DNA from: Paraphysomonas bandaiensis
Lineage: Eukaryota; Protista; Chrysophyceae
DNA: 64,000 nucleotides
Assembly (NCBI GenBank): GCA_965644295.1
Contig: CBFFRP010000241.1
Coordinates: forward strand, 62,001 to 126,000
Reading direction: 5' to 3'
The position numbers and the translations under genes were made by a program. Shown piece by piece: positions 49,501-61,028 of this stretch (its first letter is position 1; every line of letters begins with the position of its first letter). A model generated the notes under the pieces. It did no database searches, was not told the DNA's origin, and saw only the letters and a program-made list of their open reading frames with translations.

Positions 49501-52090
49501 GATTATGTTCATATGTGAATTATATCTAGATGACCTGATTATATATGCTTCTACAGAAGATGAACTAGTTGAAAACTACATTAAAGTTCTAGAACGCTTC
49601 AGGAAATACAATGTTTACATTAATCCTGAGAAAGTGAAAATAGGAGAGTCCGAAGTACAATATGTAGGACATACTCTAAATGAGGAAGGGTTACACTTTA
49701 CTAGAGAACGTCTGGATAGTGTATTAAATTTCCCAAAGCCTGAAACTATGAAGGGTCTAAAATCTTTCCTCGGATTGGCAAATTATTTTCGGGATCACGT
49801 GCACAACCACTCCTTAGTGGTGAGACCGTTAAATAAAATGCTTCTCAACTATCATAGACGTAAACGTCTACAGTGGACAGAGGATGCCAATGAAGCATTT
49901 GAAAAGATCAAATTGATGATTCATGAATGTCCAACATTATTTTTCATTGATGACGAGTCACCAATATACTTATTGACCGATGCATCTGATTATGGAATAG
50001 GAGCATACCTCTACCAAGTAGTAGATGGTGTAGAACGTCCAATAGGATTTCTCAGTAAAACATTCGATGAAAGAATGATGAATTGGGATACACCTCAGAA
50101 AGAAGGATATGCTATATACTATGCCTTAGATAAATGGGATTACCTATTAAGGTATAGATATTTTACGATCAAAACAGACCATAAAAATATTACTCAGTTG
50201 AAAACTGATTATGCTAAGGATAAGAAAGTTCAGCGATGGTTGAAATGTTTCCAAGCATATGATTATGATCTATGTGATATTAAAGGATCTGATAATGTTG
50301 TTGCTGATGCATTTAGTAGACTATGTGCATTAGAATCTGAAATGAAAACAAAATGTGCTTCCCTAATTCCCGATATTAAAGTTCCACACAAGGAATGGGA
50401 AATTATTAAAAGATTTCATAACAATGTTACAGGTCATCATGGTATTGATCGTACAATACAAAAATTACGAGACAATGGTCATAAATGGTCAAAGCAAGGG
50501 GCACATGTGACAAAATTTATTAAAACTTGTCCTTGTTGTCAAAAGATGAGTAGAATTAAACCAATAATTAATGCTCATCCCTTTACTGTCTCAACATATG
50601 GCCCGATGCAACGAATAGCAGTGGATTTTATTCAGAGTCTGCATCCAGATGAGGATGGATACACTAATATATTAGTGATTATCGATTCCTTTTCTAGGTG
50701 GGTAGAATTAATCCCTACTAAGAATCTCACTGCCATGGCGGCGGCAAAGGGATTGCTTCAACACCTGGGTAGATATGGAGCACCTATTGAGATTCATTCG
50801 GATCTTGGACCAGCATTTGTGGATGATTTAACAAAATCATTGATAGAAATGGTTGGAAGTAATCAATCATTTTCGATGGCGTATTCTAAAGAAGAAAATG
50901 CTATAGTTGAACGTGCTAATAAAGAAATTTTAAGGCACTTAAGGAATATTATATTTGATAAGAATGTACTAAATAATTGGTCAATGTATCTACCTTTAGT
51001 ACAAAGAATTATGAATTCTTCTAAACATAGAAGCACCGGCGTTACTCCCGCTAGTATTCTATTTGGGAATGCAGTAGATTTAGATAAAAGTTTATTCATT
51101 GAACACAATGAGAACTTGGACGGGAACGAACAAAAGCTATCACATTGGATAGATAGAATACAAAAGGTTCAGTCCACTATTATGGATGTTGCAAGACGAA
51201 ATCTTCGCAAACATGATGAAATCCACATGGCAACTGCACCAAATATACAAACAAAAGAATTTCCAATAAATTCTTATGTGTTAGTTGAGCATAGACAAAA
51301 TGCTTTACGTCCTGGACCGGCAAGTAAGTTATTACCATATCTTAAAGGTCCAATGCGAGTAGTCAATGTTATTGGAGATAAATATACTCTTCAAGATATA
51401 GTTACTAAACGTAATAAAGACTATCATATAAAGAAATTAAGGGAATTTAATTACGATCCCTCTACTATTGACCCCTTACAAGTGGCATGTAAAGATGGTG
51501 GAAACTTTTATGCTATTGACCATATTTCAAAAATAAAAGGTCGAGCTAAAGGTCCGAAAAGTCAAATAAAATTTCTAGTACATTGGATAGGGTATGAAAA
51601 ACCTACATGGGAACCATGGGCTAACGTTAGAAAAACGTATGCTCTACAAAATTTCCTAACTCAACATCCTGATGAAAATGTAAGAAATTTACTACCTCGA
51701 AATGTGGTTTATTCTTCTGATGAAGAAGATTAATAACAAAGTTTACAGAATTGAGTGTCAATATAACACATTAACACATCAATTATAAGGGGAGGTAGTG
51801 TAGGACTATCCACTTACATATAGAATATATACGTGTACTTGTCCTGTATTATATGATTAGTAGTACAGTACTGTATTGTATACGTGTACCATGTAGTTAG
51901 GAATACAAACTGTAGGGAATGTGATTGTTGTTGGGATTAGAAATAGCCGTTGATATTGTAGACAGTATTATTAGCCGTTGATATTGTAGACAGTATTATT
52001 CATGATTCATTATACGATAATAATCATTATTTTGTACTTCTGTACTTGAGTATTGCTTTGCACACATACACATATGTATGCAAGCCCACA
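46560..52090 (+). mobile_element. Intact Ty3/Gypsy chromovirus LTR retrotransposon
   Basis: 292-bp TG..CA LTRs at 46560-46851 and 51799-52090 with no differences seen; 4-bp TSD GTGT; PPT AAGGGGAGGTAG. Confidence 0.97.
46901..51733 (+). CDS. Gag-Pol polyprotein (Zn knuckle, protease, RT, RNase H, integrase, chromodomain), 1610 aa
   Basis: CWICGNLH..C, LLDTGA, WRFCVDY, LPMGL, YLDD, TDASDYGIGA, GHHG..CPCC, IHSDLG, VERAN, FLVHWIGYEKPTWEP. Confidence 0.97.
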   Translation: MGESKRSKIRAAPQIEELLAASGSSSKKTKRERESSRKRARDVTTSSQMQSSPQTETSVEAEGELSGVSFRELSSSQPKRKKQRSGDPHPNRSERIDLNEVIATESTPHEVINTDSIPYLGSVQDEDIIEFCENLSKRDPKGTKFIRSEIMAPTVRDMLQFQRQQDFGDESDEDWLDPNIVTTEELIQWLKQAFLEEEERYSDTLEPLPRFIDNIIGPKVKVDIHVPKVFLKEYGRLNELYKLIPEASLTEVASDTIVKTLKKNIKLVGGHSFRKDAKEKFIADIGQGQSAPKDFGAFCRKVRELNNDYSQAVRKVKRMETKLDSKETSKSNKTKNTKTSSSSSSSSTKATTDTKEACWICGNLHKGDCTRKTCAWANHEKKPWKDSTQGKKYAAMGWSTCPYVENPDGPPRSKTSKLSCPKCLYINAIDMNNDMLDVFVCPRADVNVQQVKENLRAKALLDTGATGNNFINQELADMLVARYNIPLHECNIKICSALDNACCSSKQYMIITIRLTDEYNNTLDIELQCLIIDSTFDIIIGRETIKKYRLVDHFPSHFMERELAGKMLATAAGHAEKTQLLSEHISERATCYNNMETLRRQAKEHLSYNNNLLTSNSLVSTMYSPPISSMRISAYEKEDIGEIRDNYLESIPEEIVTNTQEKVEGTTLPTKISGPESLQRRVREIHEIYKDRFKTTVSDMPMDVPPFELEVDRDAWEQPKHCGPPRKMDRVRQYACKKQLDTFVEHGIIQPSTAPYYSQVLLVPKPNDKWRFCVDYKSLNKHTQRERWPIPNIKEMLERIGSKKPKYFIILDLVSGYYQAKISEYSRKWTAFITFWGVFEWLRLPMGLSGAPSYFQRVLTTIVLAGLIMFICELYLDDLIIYASTEDELVENYIKVLERFRKYNVYINPEKVKIGESEVQYVGHTLNEEGLHFTRERLDSVLNFPKPETMKGLKSFLGLANYFRDHVHNHSLVVRPLNKMLLNYHRRKRLQWTEDANEAFEKIKLMIHECPTLFFIDDESPIYLLTDASDYGIGAYLYQVVDGVERPIGFLSKTFDERMMNWDTPQKEGYAIYYALDKWDYLLRYRYFTIKTDHKNITQLKTDYAKDKKVQRWLKCFQAYDYDLCDIKGSDNVVADAFSRLCALESEMKTKCASLIPDIKVPHKEWEIIKRFHNNVTGHHGIDRTIQKLRDNGHKWSKQGAHVTKFIKTCPCCQKMSRIKPIINAHPFTVSTYGPMQRIAVDFIQSLHPDEDGYTNILVIIDSFSRWVELIPTKNLTAMAAAKGLLQHLGRYGAPIEIHSDLGPAFVDDLTKSLIEMVGSNQSFSMAYSKEENAIVERANKEILRHLRNIIFDKNVLNNWSMYLPLVQRIMNSSKHRSTGVTPASILFGNAVDLDKSLFIEHNENLDGNEQKLSHWIDRIQKVQSTIMDVARRNLRKHDEIHMATAPNIQTKEFPINSYVLVEHRQNALRPGPASKLLPYLKGPMRVVNVIGDKYTLQDIVTKRNKDYHIKKLREFNYDPSTIDPLQVACKDGGNFYAIDHISKIKGRAKGPKSQIKFLVHWIGYEKPTWEPWANVRKTYALQNFLTQHPDENVRNLLPRNVVYSSDEED

Positions 52091-53390
52091 GTGTGCACTA
52101 GCTTTCGAGATATAGGCGGAGGCAATCTGCCTCTCCACAGGGTCCGAGAGGTCCAAGTGTTTGCTGAGGGGGATATACGTCGGGAAGGACTCGTCCAGTA
52201 CAATAGTCACTCCGGCAACAAATGATAAACCGGTATTACCAATGACTGGAATTATGCATTCACTACTCGGAACGCCATCGTTGAACAATTTCATTGCAAA
52301 ATTAGTTGCAGTTACTGCAGCTTGCGCCACTGCGGGCATCGCGGACGATGCTGCGCTTTTATGTTCAATGTCAGACAAGAAATATTTCCCAAAGCGATGA
52401 TGAGAATCTTCGTAAGAGGGGGGGGCAGCAATACCATCAGCAAGCCCCCGGGAGTCCAGATTTTTTTGTCCATTGTCCTCAACGCCTTTATACATCTCCT
52501 CCACAGCTGAAAATTGCTGATGCACTCCGCCGGATTCAGTTTCACCCCATGTTTGCAGTCCCATTTTCTCTCCATAGAGTCTTAGTCGAGGGGCTTTTGA
52601 CACTTCTTCATCAGTTGGAACCAGACGACTATGTAAACTCTGCTCTAACTTGTAATAAGTGGGGTCAAATCTAACTGATGTGGGCAGAAAGCCAAAACCA
52701 CTTGGCGCACTGCTACAAAATATGGAAGAAGAATTTTGGCATTTTTCGGTTACTTCCACATTCTTTGAGATACGTAACGAAGATAGAGGGATTTGGATAC
52801 TGATATCTGCCAGGTTTTTTTTTTCCTTCTGGAGTTCCATAACATACCTCTGGAGTTCCCTAACATATCCCTGGAGTTCCCTAACATATCCCTGGGTATT
52901 CAAATATGTTGCTTCCAGTCTATCTCTTCGTTCGAGATCACCTTCTGCTTTAGCTTCCCTTAGATCAGCTTTAGCTTCCCTTAGATCAGCTTCAGCTTCC
53001 CTGAGATCAGCTTCAGCTTCCCTGAGATCAGCTTCAGCTTCCCTGAGACGAGCTTCAGCTTCCCTGAGACGAGCTTTGGTATCATCAACTTCTTTCTCGA
53101 CAGCATTGACTTCGTTCTCCGGATTGTTCATCATTAACTTTATATGGAGCTAAAGATTGTCGGGGTTGAACAGTCCTCTGGCTGATAATGAGAGACAGAC
53201 ACACACAGGCTTCCACTTCCTTCTCATCTCGATTCAAAAAATCCATCCGGGAACTCCTACGTACCGTACCGTATAGAATCACATCACGTGGACGTGTTAT
53301 AGTGACCCCCATCCATCAACTCAAGTCAAAAAATGATGAAATTCCGAATTCCGCATACGATCCTCTTTTTTTTAGTTCAACACTTCGACT

Positions 53391-55008
53391 CATACATACA
53401 TACATACATACATACATACATACATACATACATACATACATACATACATACATACATACATACATACATACATACATACATACATACATACATACATACA
53501 TTCATACATACATACATACATACATACATACATACATACATACATACATACATACATACATACATACATACATACATACATACATACATACATACATACA
53601 TACATACATACATACATACATACATACATACATACATACATACATACATACATACATACATACATACATACATACATACATACATACATACATACATACA
53701 TACATACATACATACATACATACATACATACATACATACATACATACATACATACATACATACATACATACATACATACATACATACATACATACATACA
53801 TACATACATACATACATACATACATACATACATACATACATACATACATACATACATACATACATACATACATACATACATACATACATACATACATACA
53901 TACATACATACATACATACATACATACATACATACATACATACATACATACATACATACATACATACATACATACATACATACATACATACATACATACA
54001 TACATACATACATACATACATACATACATACATACATACATACATACATACATACATACATACATACATACATACATACATACATACATACATACATACA
54101 TACATACATACATACATACATACATACATACATACATACATACATACATACATACATACATACATACATACATACATACATACATACATACATACATACA
54201 TACATACATACATACATACATACATACATACATACATACATACATACATACATACATACATACATACATACATACATACATACATACATACGTACATGCA
54301 TACATACATACATACATACGTACATACATACATACATACATACATACATACATACATACATACATGCATACATACATACGTACATACATACATACATACA
54401 TACATACATACATACATACATACATACATACATACATACATACATACATGCATACATACATACATACATACATACATACATACGTACATACATACATGCA
54501 TACATACATACATACATACATACGTACATACATACATACATACATACATACATACATACATACATACATACGTACATGCATACATACATACATACATGCA
54601 TACATACATGCATACATACATACATACATACATACATACATACATACATACGTACATACATGCATGCATACATACATACATACATACATACATACATACA
54701 TACATACATACATACATACATACATACATACATACATACATACATACATACATACATACATACATACATACATACATACATACATACATACATACATACA
54801 TACATACATACATACATACATACATACATACATACATACATACATACATACATACATACATACATACATACATACATACATACATACATACATACATACA
54901 TACATACATACATACATACATACATACATACATACATACATACATACATACATACATACATACATACATACATACATACATACATACATACATACATACA
55001 TACATACA

Positions 55009-55038
<30 letters not shown>
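53391..55038. repeat. (CATA)n microsatellite, about 1.65 kb, with a central block of CGTA/CATG variants
   Basis: Direct inspection. Confidence 0.99.
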
Positions 55039-55039
<1 letters not shown>

Positions 55040-55112
55040 CCAGCAGGCCATGCAATCATCACCATAACCTCGAGCTCACTGTACTCACAATTATCCTCCC
55101 CATCCCTTAACC

Positions 55113-57370
55113 ATGCTTATATTTCGTAGCTCATGGTGTATATTTTTGTTGGGTGTATTCATCGGTATATTTTTTTCTATTGTATGTGTATCTCTTATGG
55201 ATGACAAGCTCCTTCTAAGAGACTCCTACAATCCACCCCCCCACCCTCTTATATCCTCTCATACACTCTCTCAGAAGACACAAAGAGTAACACACTCATC
55301 TCTTATGAAACAGAATGAAAGTAGATTGCAACAGGAATTGTTTTCTCTCTCTGTCGGTCATTCTGAGGCTACTCCTCGTATATATTTGGATTGGCCAGTA
55401 GATGACCGTCTATTTACTCTAGAGAACTACAAGGTATATCTATTAATCTTAATAGTAGCCTCTTATGAGTTGTATATAAGGCACTTGAGACTCTGCTCAC
55501 AGTCTATCCGAACTCTGTTGTTCGAGTGATATTGCCAGCTCCTAATGACGCCTACTCTCATAAGATTGGAAATATGCTCTCTGCTAATCATTTTATAAAA
55601 TATAATCGTCGTAAGTATGATATACGAGTAGTACCTGTTGGTCGGATGCGTGGACGGAGCCTTCAGGCGGGAGAGGGATACTGGTCCAAGTGGTCGGAGC
55701 AGTGTTGTGCAAGTTGTAATGCTGCATGCAGAAGGGCAGATCATACGCAACCCTTTCACCTTCTCACCTACATACGTATAGCTAGACTGTGGCGGCTCGG
55801 AGGAATATTTGCAGACTTTTCTTTCTTTTTTCTTGCGCCCTTAGACTCGTCAGTGGTAGAAAATGGAGTATATATGAATCCATTATGCATAGATGAGGCC
55901 CATAGAGAGGACTGGCATCGACAACAGTCCAATAGCGAATGGAGATCCACAGAGTGCATAACTAGCACCCTCATGGTTTTCAATACCCCGCGTAGTGACG
56001 TTCTGGCTTGTGTACTGCGCCGATATGACGATCCCATTTTCTTACGGTGTTTAGAGGAAGATGACCGTTTTGAAGGAGCTCTTTGCGTGTCGGCCGCATT
56101 TTCTGGCTGCTTTGATCAGGAGGCTGTGACGAATGAATTGCTGAAAGGATCGGAGGGAGTGTTAGAGGATTTTGGTGGAGATGGTATTGCTGCTACCGGT
56201 GCGCTGTTCTCGTCTAACTGGTCAATACCTGCACACAAGAGAGTAGTTTGGATGGGGCAGGCGGCATGGACCGGCCATTGGACCCCTCTTCCTTTTCCCT
56301 CGAGGAGCCTCTTAGCCGCAATCACTGACCGCATCAATCTAACCCACATTCCTGTATATGAAGACGACCCCGCATGTCAAGTTACATGCAGCCGATTCTC
56401 TGAGCAAGTCCCTGTGCGACGATACAATGAGATACAGCACCTCTCCACTGGTACTGCCATGGAGAGATCTTCCTGTGCGCCTACTGTTATCGTCCCAGGC
56501 TTCTTGAAGAGTGCATCTACATTTTTATTCGGCGCAATAACTTCACACCCTCAGATATTGCCTCCCCTTAAGGGCTCTATGTTGAAGGAAACTTACTGCT
56601 ATCACCCTAATCCTCCGCGCAAGATCCTGCAGCGCACTTGGTGCTTTCCCTATATTGAACCTGGGGAGAACTTCCTAGGATCTGATGGAACTGTGGTGTA
56701 TGCTACAGAGCCATCCGTCCCGATGACTATTAGGAATGATAACCCCAATGTTAGAGTAGTATTTGCAATTCGTCACCCTGTGGACCGTGTCTATTCCAAC
56801 TACAAGTTTTCGTACGAGACTTTCAAGCAAAAAGGATCTGTGGATGAGGCTGTTATACCGGGATTGTTGCCTGGTTCGAAGTTTAGCATCTTACGTGAGA
56901 TGGTACTAAATGGTACTAGTGCAGAGGACCTAGTTAGTTACTATTACACCCAACCTTTCACAGAAGGGGGGGCTGTGGGTGCGCTATTCATGCATTCGAT
57001 TGTTCTCCCGGCCATTCTACACTACCAGCACGTCCTGGGCTCTGACCGAGTGATGGTGGTCAACGCAGAGGATTTATCGGTGAAGAATATGACGCGGGTA
57101 CGAGAAATCATGAATAGAGTTTATTCATTTATAGGAGTGTGTCCGTATGAGCTTCCAGACCAAACTACAAGATTAGAAAGTAAGGTGGTGTTGGAATCTT
57201 CGAAGGAAATGACGCAAGAGGGATATGCTAGATTGAATCGATTTTTCTCTCCTTTCAATGATGCTCTCGCCAAATATATTGGAATCAATGTTTCCCACTG
57301 GAGTAGGATGAAACCGTCATCGAGATTACCCCACGGTAATTTGTCACGTCTGTGGTTTGAGACTGATTGA
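55113..57370 (+). CDS. Type-II membrane protein: GT32-like domain plus PAPS-dependent sulfotransferase; intron 55434-55480
   Basis: N-terminal TM; YIRIARLWRLGGIFADFS; 5'-PSB PGFLKSAST; 3'-PB RHPVDRVYSNY. Confidence 0.85.
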
Positions 57371-58453
57371 ATTGCCACAGAGATGTTATTTTAATAGATT
57401 CTTATAGATGTGTCGTTTGATGTAACTTGATTTTTCAAACTGTAGTAGAAAGTAAATAAACATTTTCAGATATATTTTGTGTGTAATGCATATACAGTAC
57501 ACGCCGCTGAGTTTGTATTTTACTGTGAATCGATAATTAAGCTGACTATACTTCTCCTCACACCAAATATATAAGGAGGAGAAATAAGAACCTCTATGCT
57601 CAATAAAGATATAATGAGCACATCAATATTAGCTCATATACACTGAACAAACACTACGACTAGTGGCTCTGTTTCTTACATATGGGTTTATGGTATATAG
57701 TTTATATCTTTATATATTTTGGGTACTTTGTGTATTTTATTGAAGTTCGATAGACGATAGTTTTGTATTGACTTCATTAACATCAATCGCTAGCCTCATA
57801 ATGTTTGCACTGTTATCGATCACAGTGACACTTATAACCGCGCCAGCAATCACATCGCCTGTATATATATACTATGGTGTAGTCCGTATGTCCGTATGGT
57901 ATGAGTCATAGTAACCTCGAAGTGTAAGTTTACTAATTGTGTTGGCATGTTAATGTCACAGAGCTACTCATCTGCGAGTATGCAGTTTGGTATAGGATCC
58001 TTCTCACTATGAACAGCTGCAGTGTGTATATATCACTCTGTAGCTATGAACTGCTGCATACATACAAGCAAATCTATGAGTTCATTCATGAGTTTTAGGC
58101 ATCAAATTGGGACAAACGGGTCGAGGGGCATCCGCATATTATGGAGAGTGCGTGTTTTTCTCAATATTATTTCATAAGATCATATAAATCGCAGATATTA
58201 TTGTAAACCAGAGATATTTTGTACACATGGTTGTGAATTTTGATCCTTGATATCCCGGAAATGGCATTTTGAGTCCAAACACAATCAAAATTCTCTGGAT
58301 TTTTACGAACAGATATGATTAAAATCCAAATGAATGGATGAAAATTTAGGGCTTTTTATGTTCTCCACAGAGTCACTTAAACAGAGTTGAGTCACTTAAC
58401 TCTTGCTGGCAGTCCTTCATATACATACATACCCACATAACACACTCATTAAG

Positions 58454-59479
58454 ATGCATAGCAGAAGAATCACATCATATAACATCTTAAGTTCACATTT
58501 ATCAGATCCCAGTTATTTTACACACTGTAATTCATCATATTTAAACCCCAATTATCGCTTTCAACTCATATGTAAGAAGCTCGACAGAGAGACTGCCTTA
58601 AACTCCATCATATGTCTACAAGAAGTCAGTATTCAATGGGCAGGAATGTTTCATGCATATTTTTCAAGTCGACAATATCATTTTATTACAGCATTGTATG
58701 GTGGGAAGCATAGCGGCTATATGGGGGTTGCTATCGCTGTACCGTTACATGCATATGATCTTATCAATGTCGATATTACTCGTATAGCTGATACAAAGAA
58801 AATGTTATCTACACCAATTCAAAGTTTTATATGGAAATTATTCAATCCAATTATGAGTTTTATTGGAAATCTTATTGGATTGAAATCAAACCCATCGCCA
58901 TGGGAAGTATCTCAAGATCGGAAGAATCAGATGATCTGTGCTCAGGTCAAATGCAAGGATAGTGGTGAATCCTTCTTTGTAGGAAACTATCACATGCCTT
59001 GTGTTTTTAAGATCCCTCAAGTGATGACCATTCACTGCAGTCTTGCAGCTCAACATTTGCAGCGACTAGCTGGGTCATCTCCCTATATTCTTGCCGGTGA
59101 TTTTAACATCAAACCAACCTCTACAATGTACCAGTTGCTTACGCAGGGACAAGCCGAGGTAAATTCGACTGGGAAAAATCCAGATGTACCGGATGTATTA
59201 CCCGGAGACAGCTGGCGGGCAGAGGTACAACCCATGCGTAGTGCCTATATGGAAGCTACAGGGAAGGAGCCGGATTTCACAAACAATGCTCGTATCCGGG
59301 ATGATGAGCCATTCATCGATACTCTCGATTATATTTTCCTGTCCGACCAGTGGAGTGTAAAATCTGTTGAGCAACTTCCTCATAGAGATAACATTCAAGG
59401 CCCACTACCCAATGGAACGGAGCCCTCAGATCATATTCTAATAGCTACTGACTTAGTCCTGGATGCCCAGAAAGACTAG
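58454..59479 (+). CDS. Endonuclease/exonuclease/phosphatase (CCR4/nocturnin/PDE12-like) protein
   Basis: SYNILS, CLQEV, GDFN, LDYIF and PSDH motifs. Confidence 0.92.
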   Translation: MHSRRITSYNILSSHLSDPSYFTHCNSSYLNPNYRFQLICKKLDRETALNSIICLQEVSIQWAGMFHAYFSSRQYHFITALYGGKHSGYMGVAIAVPLHAYDLINVDITRIADTKKMLSTPIQSFIWKLFNPIMSFIGNLIGLKSNPSPWEVSQDRKNQMICAQVKCKDSGESFFVGNYHMPCVFKIPQVMTIHCSLAAQHLQRLAGSSPYILAGDFNIKPTSTMYQLLTQGQAEVNSTGKNPDVPDVLPGDSWRAEVQPMRSAYMEATGKEPDFTNNARIRDDEPFIDTLDYIFLSDQWSVKSVEQLPHRDNIQGPLPNGTEPSDHILIATDLVLDAQKD

Positions 59480-59610
59480 CTTATGATAGACATGATACAT
59501 CTTTAATACTGTGTTTGAATATTTAAAATCAGGCTACTTGGTTAGAGTGTTTGCAATCTCAAGAGAGTCAAATGCAGCTAAAAAAGTAAATATGATGTTA
59601 CAAAACTCTC

Positions 59611-59712
59611 CCTCTACAAAGTCGGACTCGCCCCTCTTCGTGGTGTTCTTGGAGATAAGTACCGGAGATATTTCTCCGGGAAACTAACGTGAGCCGCAAA
59701 TATACTCAGTAG
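59611..59712 (+). repeat. Structured repeat family, 5' fragment (copy E), inverted relative to copy D
   Basis: Matches the reverse complement of 60510-60610. Confidence 0.8.
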
Positions 59713-60080
59713 TAGAGACAGTTTGTAATGCAATAAATTCTTCTAATACAACTATTATTGTGACTTTTTTATTTTGTTTACTACAATAAATTAATCTTTG
59801 AATGCATAGATATGAAACTTTTTACCGTGATTAGGTAGTACCCCGACTTGTATCCGTCAGCTATGTCTCGTGTCTCGAAATGTGAAGATTCTATCTGCAG
59901 CTTTGAATTGAGAGGGAGTATTGAGTGTTGACTTTTGCTGCTGGTATACAATTAAAAGCTATATTTTAACATATTCGAATTATAACCGTTAGTTTAAGAA
60001 TAAGCAGTGGTTAATGGTTAACAGTAGTACACATGAATAATTTATGAATATATGAATTTAGTTAGCGAAACTGAAATATA

Positions 60081-60610
60081 TTGAAAGTCTTATTATTAGC
60101 AATAGGCGTTAAGAATCAGCCCCAGTTTAAGTAGCTCTAGATAGACGTCTACCTGTTACTACTGTAACTAGTACAAACTATATTATCCTACTATATAGAG
60201 CTACGAAAGCTGCTTGTGCGTCGCCGCAAGCACCAAGGTGCAACCACATCCGCTCTATCGCTCAAAGCAAACGCAGTGAGCAAGCAGAATGTTGAGTCCT
60301 TAAGGTGAACATCCCGGATGCTTGACTTCAGCAGGCAGCCCAATACCCCGGTTACCCTTCAGGTGGGCCCTGTCCCGAATGCCCTTGAGGTGGTCCCATT
60401 TCCGGATGCCTGTTTATTTGTCAGGGCCCAAAGACGTCTACACAAGTGACACTTATTGGTGTCCCTTGTACCACACAAGCATTCGGCTATGAGTGGGCAG
60501 AACATTATCTGCTGACTATGTTTGCGGCTCACGTTAGTTTCCCGGAGAAATATATCCGGTACTTATCCCCCAGAACACCACGAAAAGGTGCGAGTCCAAC
60601 TTTGTTGAGG
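60081..60610 (-). repeat. Structured repeat family, copy D
   Basis: Aligns with 4371-4842 with two insertions. Confidence 0.85.
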
Positions 60611-61028
60611 AAAACTGAAATACTTTGGCTGTATAAGATCTGATAATATTGATTGGTAGTTGAGAGAATATAAAGTATAAATGTAGCTAATATCAATGTA
60701 TGATGAGAGATGTTGATTATTGATTAGAAGTTTACTAATTGAATATTGTGTGAGTTCAAGTTTAATTGCTAAAGCTATTTCACCATCCAAATATGTCAGA
60801 TGTGGATACAGTATTTTATTGTTCAACTTTAAGTAGAAGGAAGACACAATAGAGGAAAAATTATTATTCATGCATTGAGCAGTCACGTTTAGCACGATAT
60901 CAATGTTGCACATCGTAAAAACTGCAGTGTCTTACAAAAACTGACAATACATTCTTTGCGCACTCATCAGTTGAGGATTATTACTCGTAATAACGATTCC
61001 AAATTTAATAATCTCACAGTCCACGCTC

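Larger units (their letters stand above)
45803..53134 (-). pseudogene. Crinkler/RHS-like coiled-coil + REase-like + kinase-like gene (598 aa when rejoined), interrupted by a Gypsy element
   Basis: Removing 46556-52090 joins ..YISKASAH to CEKLYELL.. in frame; (EAEADLR)n heptads, ADG..DIEHK..AVAQ, SIHRAGVIHVDLYLSNVMW, IKIIDWD. Confidence 0.85.

Noticed and set aside
52010-52090. C-terminus of the 374-aa ORF (CGLAYICVCV..)
   Set aside because: Read-through into the Gypsy 3' LTR; the true continuation is at 46555.
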